Source: Leptolyngbyaceae cyanobacterium (GTDB lineage: Bacteria > Cyanobacteriota > Cyanobacteriia > Phormidesmidales > Phormidesmidaceae). From it: 64,000 bases of DNA. Positions 20,648-30,435 of this stretch are shown piece after piece. A program made the translations under genes and the position numbers. Each line of letters starts with the position of its first letter. Position 1 is the stretch's first letter. The notes beneath the pieces were generated by a model. The model did not search any database. It saw only the letters and a list, made by a program, of their open reading frames with translations, and was not told the origin of the DNA. The stretch lies in assembly GCA_965263355.1 (NCBI GenBank), contig CBDHHL010000032.1, forward strand, positions 512,001 through 576,000. Reading direction: 5' to 3'.

Positions 20648-23563
20648 CTAGACAGTTTTGCTACTTTCATAACCTACTTCCTGCCATTGGCTGGGAATTG
20701 TGACTGTGAAACGACTGCCTTGTCCAAGGGTACTGTTGACTTTGATATTACCTTGGTGAATATTTACGAGGTGTTTAACAATGGATAGCCCAAGTCCTGT
20801 GCCTGGAATTGTTTCAACGTTAGCAGCTCGGTGAAAGGGCTCAAATAAATATTTCTGATCTTCTTCAGGAATGCCAATCCCCTCATCAATGACACTAAAC
20901 TCAATAGTGTTGGGCAAAAGCTTTAATTGAAAGGTAACTGTACTGTCCTCAGGAGAATATTTAATGGCATTTGTAAGCAAGTTGGTCAAGATCTGCTGAA
21001 GTATTTTGCTATCGAATTGAGTACTATTACTATGTCTCTGGTTTTGGGTGCGGGTATCTTGTATCAAAAATTTACAGTTATGATTTGATGTATTCATACC
21101 AATGGTTTGACTAAGTTTTTGACTAAATTTAACAACATCGAGCATCTGCAAATTAATCTTAATGGTGCCAGCTTCAGCTTTGTTTACTATCAGAACTTCG
21201 TCAATTAACTTAGTCATGTGATCGACATAGTTCAAGATAGTACTTAAACATTCTTGCTTTTCGAGTTCATCAAGTTTATTCCCAAATAGTTTCAACAATT
21301 CTGTATGGTTTGAGATAACAGCTAGGGGGGTACGAAATTCATGGGAGGTATTGGATACAAATCTTGATTTCAAGTTATTGAGTTCTCGTTCCTGCTCTAG
21401 TGTTTTGATGATTTTAGCTTCAACTTTTTTGAGATCGCTAATGTCAACGTTAATGCCAATCATGCTTTTGGGTTTGCCTGTGTCACCGTGCTGCACTAAA
21501 CCATTTGCTTTGATATAGCGCACTTGACCACTGGGGTGAATGACTCGAAATTCGATATCGAGTTCTTTGTTCTCGATAATTGATTTTTGGAATTGGGCTT
21601 GAGCTTCTGCAGAATCATCTGGGTGAAGCCGAGTCGACCAATCGGTAAGATCTCCTGTGAACGCTTCAGGCTGAATACCGTAGAGTTCGCACATGCGCTT
21701 ATCCCATGTCAATTGCTCGTTGATAAAATTCCATTCCCAAATACCGATACCACCGGATTTCACAGCCAAACTTAAACGGGTTGAAAGATTATGAAGTGCA
21801 GTTTCGGCTGCTTTGCGATCGCTAATATCCTGACAGACACAAATTAGAAGATCGTCATCGGTGAGGGTGAAGGAAAGCCCCTGGGCAAAGGTAAAACCAT
21901 CTTTGCGAGTAGCGATGGCCTCCCCCTGCCAGACGCGATCTCGTTGTAAAATAGGAAAGACTTTTTGCTCAAAGCGTTTTACCTCTTCAGGGCTATAAAG
22001 CTTATGCCAGGATTGCCCAATTAACTCTTCTGCCGTTTCATAGCCAAAGATCTGAAGATGGGCTGGATTAAGGTATTGGAAGCGATCACTTTCGATAATA
22101 GCAATACCATTTACTGCGGCTTCAATACTGACTAACTGTTTAGCAATTTGTTGCTCAGCAGCTTGGCGGGCTACTTCAGCTTCTCGTTTTTGACGCTCAA
22201 GGCGATACCCTTCAATCAGGTTGCTACAAGTAGTTAAAAGAGGTTGTAAGAACTCAATGAGAGTAGCATCGTAGCCCTCGGGGCAGTTGGCAATGCCGAC
22301 TATACCAATCAATTGAGAAGCACTAAAGAAAGGAATACCTAAAAAGGTATTGAGCGGTGGATGCCCTTTAGGTGTCCCCCCTCGTCTTGGGTCGGTGCTG
22401 GGGTTCTTGGCAATGACAGGTTCGCCCGTCATGATTACCTCACCCAAGAAGGGTTTCATGTTGGTGAATGTCATTCCCGTTGCTTGTTGTTCGCCATATA
22501 ATTTCCGCGTTTCTTCGTTCCAGGCAATATTAGTCATACTGTGGGCTTTCAGGTAAGGAACCCCTCGCACCTTCAGAAAGCTATCTTCCATGGTGGCACT
22601 GCCATCTGTTTGGAAGTGAACTTCTCCGATAAACCCATATTCACTATTGGTTAGTTCCAATAAGTTAGACAGTAACTTATCGAAGATGATGCTGCGATTC
22701 CCTGCCGTAATAAATTGTGTCTGAGCGTCGCTGATGGTTTGTAATAGGGTATTACGTTGCCATAACGCTGTTTCGGATGCTTGTTGGAGCTGATCTGCCA
22801 TATGGTTAAACGCATTAGCAATCTGGGCAAGTTCATCCACCCCCTGTAATTGTGTCCGTTCACTTAGATTTCCTTGGGCTCGGCTATTTGTAATGGCTAC
22901 TAGGTGCTGGGCTCGGCGCGTCACTGTACTGTTAAAGAAAAACCATGCGAGCCCACACAAAGCTGCTAAGAGCCCACTGGTCTGTAATGAGCGCCATGCT
23001 GCATCTTGTTTCGCTGTCTGTTTTAGTTCCAGTAAATCGTAGACCATGACTAAAGCACCAATTTGAGATGATCGCAGTTCACCCGATTTTGGTTGTAGCC
23101 TTACTGGATAAAAGACATGTAAATATTTTCGATCCTTTGTGATTTTAACCTGTCCTGCAAGTTTTTTTCTTGCCTGAGCCACTAATCCCTTGCAATGTAA
23201 TTCTTTTGTCAGAGATACCTCATTTAAGTGTTGACCTCGCAACGTATAATCCGTAGCTAAAGCAACCCGATCATTAACATCGATCAACATCGCCAATATC
23301 AGATGGGGATCTCCCCCCATCTGACTAACTACAAGATTGGCACCTTCCAGAGGGTTTCCATCGTCCCTTTTAGTTCGGTATATAAATTCCAACAGAGCAG
23401 AGGTTTTACTGCCCAAAAACTCTGCCTTTTGGATTGTTTGCTTTTCTACTCGCCGGTTTGCCACCAACACTTCCTGCCGAAAAGCATAGAAGCCAGTAAT
23501 ACTACCCAGTAACAGTAGAACTGCTGAAATCGAATACTTTAATGGCAATAGAAGATATTTCAT
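20648..23563 (-). CDS. Membrane sensor histidine kinase (2TM-HAMP-GAF-PAS-PAS-HisKA-HATPase)
   Basis: Two TMs, DELAQIANAFNHM HAMP, GAF, GIWEW PAS, SHEFRTPL, NAIKYS, GTGLGL. Confidence 0.93.
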   Translation of the reverse strand: MKYLLLPLKYSISAVLLLLGSITGFYAFRQEVLVANRRVEKQTIQKAEFLGSKTSALLEFIYRTKRDDGNPLEGANLVVSQMGGDPHLILAMLIDVNDRVALATDYTLRGQHLNEVSLTKELHCKGLVAQARKKLAGQVKITKDRKYLHVFYPVRLQPKSGELRSSQIGALVMVYDLLELKQTAKQDAAWRSLQTSGLLAALCGLAWFFFNSTVTRRAQHLVAITNSRAQGNLSERTQLQGVDELAQIANAFNHMADQLQQASETALWQRNTLLQTISDAQTQFITAGNRSIIFDKLLSNLLELTNSEYGFIGEVHFQTDGSATMEDSFLKVRGVPYLKAHSMTNIAWNEETRKLYGEQQATGMTFTNMKPFLGEVIMTGEPVIAKNPSTDPRRGGTPKGHPPLNTFLGIPFFSASQLIGIVGIANCPEGYDATLIEFLQPLLTTCSNLIEGYRLERQKREAEVARQAAEQQIAKQLVSIEAAVNGIAIIESDRFQYLNPAHLQIFGYETAEELIGQSWHKLYSPEEVKRFEQKVFPILQRDRVWQGEAIATRKDGFTFAQGLSFTLTDDDLLICVCQDISDRKAAETALHNLSTRLSLAVKSGGIGIWEWNFINEQLTWDKRMCELYGIQPEAFTGDLTDWSTRLHPDDSAEAQAQFQKSIIENKELDIEFRVIHPSGQVRYIKANGLVQHGDTGKPKSMIGINVDISDLKKVEAKIIKTLEQERELNNLKSRFVSNTSHEFRTPLAVISNHTELLKLFGNKLDELEKQECLSTILNYVDHMTKLIDEVLIVNKAEAGTIKINLQMLDVVKFSQKLSQTIGMNTSNHNCKFLIQDTRTQNQRHSNSTQFDSKILQQILTNLLTNAIKYSPEDSTVTFQLKLLPNTIEFSVIDEGIGIPEEDQKYLFEPFHRAANVETIPGTGLGLSIVKHLVNIHQGNIKVNSTLGQGSRFTVTIPSQWQEVGYESSKTV

Positions 23564-23626
23564 GGTGTCTAACTTAGAGACTCATTTTGGTAAAACTAGT
23601 TCTGGTAAAGATACTTCAATCTTTAG

Positions 23627-24595
23627 TTATGGTAGAGCTTTAACTAAACGATTATCTAAAAGTGACGCTGTCTCCAATTCTCGTTGCAATAATTCCTTTT
23701 CAATCATTAGTTCAGATAATTTTCTTGTCACGTTTAACAGTGTGGGATCGGTTTTACCCAACAAATCTTGATTTTCCTTCAAGTTCGGGATATGGAGCAG
23801 TTCTAGCGAAGCCAGAAATTGTTCGGGGTCTACGCCTTCCCGAGGAGCCATCCGTTCTGCTGCATCCTGAGGGTTCTTGTGCAGATAATCAAGGGCACGA
23901 AACCAGCCCTGCACCAGTACATCAAGTGTTTTTTCCTGATTTTCCAAAACTGTTTTTGAGACAACCAGAACATCCACGATTTCCCCTGGAATTTGTGTAC
24001 TGTCAAACACCAAATTGGCTCCAGCTGCCAGAAGATTAGATCGCACAGGTTCAAAGGTTACCACTGCATCCACGGTACCCTGTTCGAATGCCTTTTCATG
24101 TTCAGATACTCCTAGAGAGACAATCTCCACATCCTGGGGAGATAATCCCACCTGCGCTAAGGCCCGTGTAATGACAAATGCCCCCAGAGCAGTGGATTCT
24201 ACTCCTACTTTCTGACCCTTAACCTCGGCCAATGTTTCAATGTCTGACTTAGTAATAATAGCATCTCCCCCAGCAGACACATCAGTAATCAGCACTACCC
24301 GAATATCGGGATTGGTCTCTGCCAATGCAAGGGTTTCATCTAAAGTCAGGGCTGCTACCTCTAGATGACCATTGCGCAAGGCCCGACTAACTTCTGTCGC
24401 TGATGGATAATCTACTAATTGAATCGAGCTATTGTCGTAGTAGCCCAGATCGCGAGCTAAATAGAGACTTTCATATCCTGGCCATACATTTGCACCCACT
24501 CGTAGAGGGAGGGGAGGAGTTTGCATGCAACTACCAAGCATTGCCAGTAAACAGATGGTGGAAGCAAAGAGGAAGAACTGTTTATGAAGTTTCAT
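23627..24595 (-). CDS. NMT1/SsuA-type solute-binding lipoprotein
   Basis: Likely start MKLHKQ at 24595, lipobox LGSC, motifs WPGYESLYLA, DVSAGGD, DAVVTFEP. Confidence 0.88.
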   Translation of the reverse strand: MKLHKQFFLFASTICLLAMLGSCMQTPPLPLRVGANVWPGYESLYLARDLGYYDNSSIQLVDYPSATEVSRALRNGHLEVAALTLDETLALAETNPDIRVVLITDVSAGGDAIITKSDIETLAEVKGQKVGVESTALGAFVITRALAQVGLSPQDVEIVSLGVSEHEKAFEQGTVDAVVTFEPVRSNLLAAGANLVFDSTQIPGEIVDVLVVSKTVLENQEKTLDVLVQGWFRALDYLHKNPQDAAERMAPREGVDPEQFLASLELLHIPNLKENQDLLGKTDPTLLNVTRKLSELMIEKELLQRELETASLLDNRLVKALP

Positions 24596-24657
24596 ATACG
24601 ATGTGACGGTGAGACAGCGTAAAAAATAAAGTATCTGTAACAACTATGGAGATATTT

Positions 24658-27600
24658 TTATAGATCTACCTCCTGCCATTGGATGGGAATTGTGATCGTA
24701 AAACAACTACCTTCTCCAGGGGCACTTTTTAAATTTATCCAGCCCTGATGGATGGTGATGAGATATTTAACAATGGATAACCCCAGTCCTGTGCCTTGGA
24801 TAGTGCCCACATTAGTAGCCCGGTGAAAGGGCTCAAATAAATATTTCTGATCTTCTTCAGGAATGCCTATGCCTTGATCAAGAATACTAAATTCAATGGC
24901 CTTAGGCAAAAGCTCTAACTGAAAAGTTACAGTGCTACCTCCAGGAGAGTATTTAATGGCATTGGTTAATAAGTTGGTCAGGCTTTGTTGAATTATTTTG
25001 CTGTCAATTTGAGCACTGTGGATATGTTTTTGCGATTGAGAACGAGTGTCTTTTATCACAAATTCTAAGTGATGATTTGGTGCACTTAGGCTAATTGTTT
25101 GACTGAGTTGTTGGCTAAACTCAACAATATCCAAAGGTTTAAGTTTGAGTCTAATCTTGCCAGATTCAGCTCTACTGATTATCAAAACCTCGTCAATTAA
25201 TTCAGTCATGTGATCGACATAGGCCAAGATAGTGTTTAAGCAATTTTGTTTGTCCACTTCATCAAGTTTGCCTCCAAATTGTTTCAATAATTCTGTATTA
25301 CTTGAGATTACGGTTAGGGGAGTTCGAAATTCATGGGAGGTGTTAGAAATAAAACGGGATTTCATTTCATTGAGCTCTCGTTCATGCTCGAGCATTTTGA
25401 TGATTTCAGTTTCAACTTTTTTGCGTTCACTAATATCGCGAAAAAGCCCACGGGTATAGACTGCCTGTCCATCAACCACACAGCAATTTATGTTGCCTTC
25501 AACGTCAATGATACGACCATTTTTAGCAACAAAGCTAATTTCAACCTTATTAAGGCTTTGCAGTTGCCCCATTTTCAGCTGTTTCATCAATGTCATACAG
25601 TGTTCCTGACAGTCCGGATGCAATATATCAAAGATTGTGAGCTGCTCTAAATCCTGAGCAGTATAGCCCAGTGTTTCTAACCAAGACCTATTGACAAATT
25701 CGAATGAACCATCGATTAGCGAGACACTTTGAATCATGTCGTTGGCACTGTCAAAGATATCTTGTAATTGTGTTTGGCTTTTAAGTAACAGGTTTGAGAG
25801 GGCTTTACGTCGTTTGATTTCAGTTTGTAAATGTTTAATAGTCTTAGCAAGCATCGCAGTACGTTCGTTAACCCGTTGTTCTAGTTCGTTGGCAAGTACC
25901 TGTAGTTGGCAAGCCGTTTGATATCTTTCGAGTTCTGCGCCAGCTCGGGCTCCAAAAATCTTTAGCAGATTGATCATCCACTTGGGATTTTTCAAGGGGC
26001 GATCGTGGATGACGGAGAGATTGCCAATGGGCTTACCCGCACTATTGTGAAGGCCAATGCCAAGATAGCTTTCTGCGTTTAAGCTGCTAAATAGCTCATT
26101 ACCTGGATAAAGGTAAAGCAGCGACTCAGGATGATAACATTGCCCTTGTTGGAGGGCCTGCATGCAACAGGGAACCTGCTCATAGGGGTATTGATTAACC
26201 GTTTGTAAGTGGCCATCGGCACAAAAGGCTAGAACTGCGAAGCCATCTGATTTAGCCTCAGAAACAGAAGCATAGCGAACATTTAAAGCTTTGGTAATGT
26301 GTTGGACTAACTCCTTGAAAAAGTCATGTTCGATAACAGCGGCGGTACCTTCAACAATCTGGTGCAAGGATGCTTCTGCCTGTTGTCTTTTATACTCTTC
26401 TTCTTTGAGATTTGTAATATCTAAAATTGTTCCATGGGAAAGGATCGCTTTTCCATCGTCATCCTGTATTGTTTCGCATTCTTCCTGCACATACTTGATG
26501 CGGCCATCGGGCATTAGTAATCGATGGATAATGCTGTAAGGAGTGCCATCTTGCACATGTTGGTTATAAGCCTGATTGACCATTTCTCGGTCGTCTGGAT
26601 GGATGGCTGCTAGAAATGCTTCATAAGAAGCGTCAAACTGATTTTGGTTAATTTCAAAGATGCGAAAGACTTCATTAGACCAGTACAAATTATTAGTTTG
26701 GAGATTGAGGTCCCAGTAGCCGAGCTTGACCATCCGTTGAGCTTGTTGAAGGCGCTGAGCCGTTACTTGCAGCTGAGCTTCGACTTGTTTACGTTCGCTA
26801 ATGTCGCGAACTATTGCCAGAACTTCTGTTTGGTTAATGGCAACAATCCGAGCTTCTTGCCAGCGTAGATCTCCTCCAATATTAATTTCAAAGTCATAGA
26901 TTTGCACCTCGCCGGTTTCTAATGCCTGACGCACATAAGTCATCCATTGTTCGGCGAGTTCCAGTGGTAACAAGTCATAAATGTTGATCCCGCTATAGGC
27001 GAGATCAGGCTGAATAAACTGAGTTTCGTCAGACATTACTAGATCGAAGTAGTTACCCTCAGCATCCTGACAAATCAACAAATCTGGAATTACCTCAATT
27101 AAGGCCTGATAGCGACTTTTTCTGACATGTAAAGTAGTTTTTGCTTGCTGTTTTTCTGTTATGTCAGCTGCCATTGCAATCGCAATCTGCCGACCATCAG
27201 GTAGCTTACCAAGTGATGCTGAATTAAAGTTCCAGACACGCTGTTGGCTATCGTGGGTCGTAATTATATAGTCTCCTTCTTCCAAACGAGACTTCAAGCT
27301 GTACTGTTGAGAAATTATATTTTCAATCGCAATGGTATTCTGCTCGTTATACGCCAGCTCTACCCAGGCTTGGATTGTTGGAATATCCGTGTGGGTATAC
27401 CCTGTAAGCTCTGTCCAGGTTGAGCTGATTTGTAAAACTTCGCCATCCTCAGCGTGGATCATGATCGGTATTGGGGCATCTGCGATCGCGCGCCGGAATA
27501 GTTGTTCACTCTCACGTAATGCTAATTCCGACTGCTTGCGATTGCTAATATTTGTCAGACTACCAACATAACTACTAATTTTGCCAGTGTCCTCCCATTC

Positions 27601-28911
27601 TGGTTGGGCTTGTCCATAGACCCACTTAATTGAGCCATCGGGGAGCTGCAATCGAAATTCTTGTTCCCAGGGGTGACCCATTTGAACCATTTGCTGCCAA
27701 CTACTCACCACCTGGTCTTGATCGTCAGAATAAATTCCTTGTATCCAACCCTGGCCCAAGGTTTCCCGGTAGGATATACCGGTCAATTCTGTCCAATGTT
27801 TGTTAATGTAAGTGCATGCGCCAAAGGTATCAGCTCGAAAAATTACGATAGGAAGTGTAGCGACTAAAGAGGTATAGCGCTTCTCGATCTCACGCAAGTG
27901 GAGTTCTGTTTGTTGGTGAGTAACTAACTTGCGATTTAGCTCTTCCTGCAGTTTAGTGTTATGTGATTCGAATAATTGTAACTTCTCAGTTTCCAGGCGT
28001 TCGACCTGTTGCTGTAAAAGGCTGATCATCTCAACCATTTCTGCAGGATTCAAGACTTGTAAGATCGCTGTTTGGGTTAAAATCCCAGCTAGGCTGCCAT
28101 CTCCATGGGTAATGACCAGATGTGTAATCCGATGTTCAAACATGAGCTGATACGCCTGCCACAGACTAAGTTCGGGTGACGCGCAAAAGACGGGGTAGCT
28201 CATCACGCTCTGGGTCGTGAGATGCGTAAAGTCTAAGAGTAATGCCTGAAATTGAATAATATCTCCCTTGGTAACAATGCCAAGAGGAAACGTCTTATCC
28301 TCAATTGTTTCTGTAATGACAACACAACTGATCTGATGTTGATTCATCAATTGAGCAATTGATTGCAAAGTAGTGGTTGGTGTAGCTTGAATGACATCAC
28401 GAGTCATCATTTCTGCTGTGTGGTGTAGACGTAATAAGTCAGTAGGTTGCAGAGACTGGCGAATACTTTCAAGGGTCAAAATACCGACTAACTTATTGTC
28501 ATCATCAACAATGGGTAAGTGGTGGATGTGATGCTGTTGTAAGATTCGAAGGGCAGCGAATAAGTCGTTTGCTTTTTCCTGGCTAACAGTAATGAGTGGG
28601 CATGTCATCACTGTTTCAACGGTACGATTTGCAATAGTGTTTTCTGTTGCAGCTAAGCGTACGAGGTCACGCTCAGTAAGAATACCAATAGGCTTGCCGT
28701 CTTCTACTATAACGACACAGCTTGGCATCAATGACGATTGTTCAAGGGAATATTCGTGGGACGTATTCGCTTCGGTTGTACTAGATGCAATGCTGTGGGG
28801 GAAACTATACGTCTGGCAATTATTGCTCATTAAGGCAATGACTTCACTTAAGTGGGTTTGCTTACTCACGGTTAAGGGGGGCATTTGCAGAAGACGCTCT
28901 CCGTATGACAT
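24658..28911 (-). CDS. Cytoplasmic sensor kinase CBS(x4)-multi-PAS-GAF-PAS-HisKA-HATPase
   Basis: CBS pairs (GILTERDLV, LPIVDD...GIL), repeated PAS/PAC 'DISERK' motifs, SHEFRTPL, NAIKYS, GTGLGL. Confidence 0.93.
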   Translation of the reverse strand: MSYGERLLQMPPLTVSKQTHLSEVIALMSNNCQTYSFPHSIASSTTEANTSHEYSLEQSSLMPSCVVIVEDGKPIGILTERDLVRLAATENTIANRTVETVMTCPLITVSQEKANDLFAALRILQQHHIHHLPIVDDDNKLVGILTLESIRQSLQPTDLLRLHHTAEMMTRDVIQATPTTTLQSIAQLMNQHQISCVVITETIEDKTFPLGIVTKGDIIQFQALLLDFTHLTTQSVMSYPVFCASPELSLWQAYQLMFEHRITHLVITHGDGSLAGILTQTAILQVLNPAEMVEMISLLQQQVERLETEKLQLFESHNTKLQEELNRKLVTHQQTELHLREIEKRYTSLVATLPIVIFRADTFGACTYINKHWTELTGISYRETLGQGWIQGIYSDDQDQVVSSWQQMVQMGHPWEQEFRLQLPDGSIKWVYGQAQPEWEDTGKISSYVGSLTNISNRKQSELALRESEQLFRRAIADAPIPIMIHAEDGEVLQISSTWTELTGYTHTDIPTIQAWVELAYNEQNTIAIENIISQQYSLKSRLEEGDYIITTHDSQQRVWNFNSASLGKLPDGRQIAIAMAADITEKQQAKTTLHVRKSRYQALIEVIPDLLICQDAEGNYFDLVMSDETQFIQPDLAYSGINIYDLLPLELAEQWMTYVRQALETGEVQIYDFEINIGGDLRWQEARIVAINQTEVLAIVRDISERKQVEAQLQVTAQRLQQAQRMVKLGYWDLNLQTNNLYWSNEVFRIFEINQNQFDASYEAFLAAIHPDDREMVNQAYNQHVQDGTPYSIIHRLLMPDGRIKYVQEECETIQDDDGKAILSHGTILDITNLKEEEYKRQQAEASLHQIVEGTAAVIEHDFFKELVQHITKALNVRYASVSEAKSDGFAVLAFCADGHLQTVNQYPYEQVPCCMQALQQGQCYHPESLLYLYPGNELFSSLNAESYLGIGLHNSAGKPIGNLSVIHDRPLKNPKWMINLLKIFGARAGAELERYQTACQLQVLANELEQRVNERTAMLAKTIKHLQTEIKRRKALSNLLLKSQTQLQDIFDSANDMIQSVSLIDGSFEFVNRSWLETLGYTAQDLEQLTIFDILHPDCQEHCMTLMKQLKMGQLQSLNKVEISFVAKNGRIIDVEGNINCCVVDGQAVYTRGLFRDISERKKVETEIIKMLEHERELNEMKSRFISNTSHEFRTPLTVISSNTELLKQFGGKLDEVDKQNCLNTILAYVDHMTELIDEVLIISRAESGKIRLKLKPLDIVEFSQQLSQTISLSAPNHHLEFVIKDTRSQSQKHIHSAQIDSKIIQQSLTNLLTNAIKYSPGGSTVTFQLELLPKAIEFSILDQGIGIPEEDQKYLFEPFHRATNVGTIQGTGLGLSIVKYLITIHQGWINLKSAPGEGSCFTITIPIQWQEVDL

Positions 28912-29012
28912 CTTTTATCTTTAGCATTCCCTACCTATCCCAATTAAAGGGTAGTGTTTTTTTGTACAGGGCGTAGAAAAATAATATGGAATAAAGTGTG
29001 AGCAGCGCTGTG

Positions 29013-29665
29013 GGCGCTGGTTCCGTCAGATGGGCAGCCTATATCCTTTGCGTGATAATAGCTAAACAGCATATCGAATCGATAACGACTGTGATCATGA
29101 GAGTCCCTTGTCCAAAATCCCTATGCGGGCAGCAGGCACCTGTTTGGTGGTGAAATGGACCCGCACAAAGTTGTGGACCAACCAAAAGACCTCCAAGGTT
29201 CGTTGCAAATGCTTTCGTGCTTTCGCATAGATATTGGTTTTACGACGAAAGGCCGCATTACGTCGCCTCATCGACGCATTGAAGGCCTCAGCATGATTCG
29301 CATGAATGGTCTTCTCCTCCACGTCATGTTCTGTCTAAGGATGTTCCGGGACTGGGGCTTGATACTTTTTACGGGGACGACCTGGACGTTTCTTAGACCC
29401 CTTGTTTTTGAGACGCACTCGCACCCCTTTGGGTAATCGTTTCTTGGGACGACCCGGTTTACCCGTACGAATCGCCTCACAACAGATGTCGAAGAGGATA
29501 TTGCCATACACTCATGCACTAACGAATAGAGCATCAACGTGGGCTTAAGGTGAGCCAAACGATGTTCCCAATTGAGCACACTTTTCTTCGAGACGTGAAA
29601 TGTGCGCGCCGTTGCATTCAGACTCATGCCCTCACTTCTGGCCGTCAGGATCTCAATGTTATGGG
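29013..29665 (-). mobile_element. Degenerate IS1-family-like transposase remnant
   Basis: HTH segment 'RSEGMSLNATARTFHVSKKSVLNWE' and C-terminal 'HANHAEAFNASMRRRNAAFRRKTNIYAK...HNFVRVHFTTKQVPA'. It has an internal deletion, a frameshift and in-frame stops. Putative end GGCGCTGG at 29013. Family assignment is by recall. Confidence 0.7.
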
Positions 29666-29876
29666 GGGATGGGTTACCCATTCTTCCTATCTTTTGAGGT
29701 CTGTTGTTTGCCATAGGCATCACTGGAGCCCATCGCATCACTCAGCTGCATATGCGTTCAGTCCCAAAAAATGAGCATTAACACTTAGGCTTTCCCCATA
29801 AAAAATGTTTGACCACTATTTGTCTTATGTTATGTGTTTTATCTACTACCTAAACTTACTGAGGTATAGGTAGCGT

Positions 29877-30341
29877 CTAAAGCAAGTCAGTTAAAATTTT
29901 CTGGATATTTTCATGGGAATAAGCAGCTTTGGGATGGGCATGCATGCCCGGTTTTTGAAAATAAGGCCGTTCCCCATTCATGTGCCCCCATTCAATGGCG
30001 ACCTGACGGGCAAACTCATACAGTACCTGGGGCTGCTGAATAATATCTGTCACAATTGCTTGCAGTGTCATCAACGGTTCATCCAGGTATTTACCCACAC
30101 GCCCATCGGTTTTGATCCAGTGTTTTAGGCAAGTCTGAACTGCGCCATGTCTATCGACCAGGTGTTGATCAATAAACCCATTGATAACCGCTAGAGCCCT
30201 TAAGGGGCGAGGGACTGCAGCCTGACTGCCTTTAAGAAATGAGCTGCCCTCACGGCCAATGGCTTCACTCAGGCTAAATTTACGCCCTACCCGGATCTGC
30301 CATTGTAGGTCTTGAGGTAAGGAGTTTTCAGAAGCAGGCAT
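29877..30341 (-). CDS. Hypothetical protein
   Basis: Clean 154-aa ATG ORF (RKFSLSEAIGREG...WG...ERPYFQ) divergent from the next gene. Confidence 0.7.
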   Translation of the reverse strand: MPASENSLPQDLQWQIRVGRKFSLSEAIGREGSSFLKGSQAAVPRPLRALAVINGFIDQHLVDRHGAVQTCLKHWIKTDGRVGKYLDEPLMTLQAIVTDIIQQPQVLYEFARQVAIEWGHMNGERPYFQKPGMHAHPKAAYSHENIQKILTDLL

Positions 30342-30435
30342 CGGCGGTTAGGGTAGCTAAAATCACCGTATTAGAATATATGAGCCCTGTCTAGTGGTTC
30401 ATAATGGCAGAACCTTATAATGCGTTATGTAGCCC

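Noticed and set aside
11880..26300. GAF domains as cyanobacteriochrome or phytochrome photosensors
   Set aside because: No DxCF/CH or DIP bilin-binding motifs are visible in the three kinase GAF domains.
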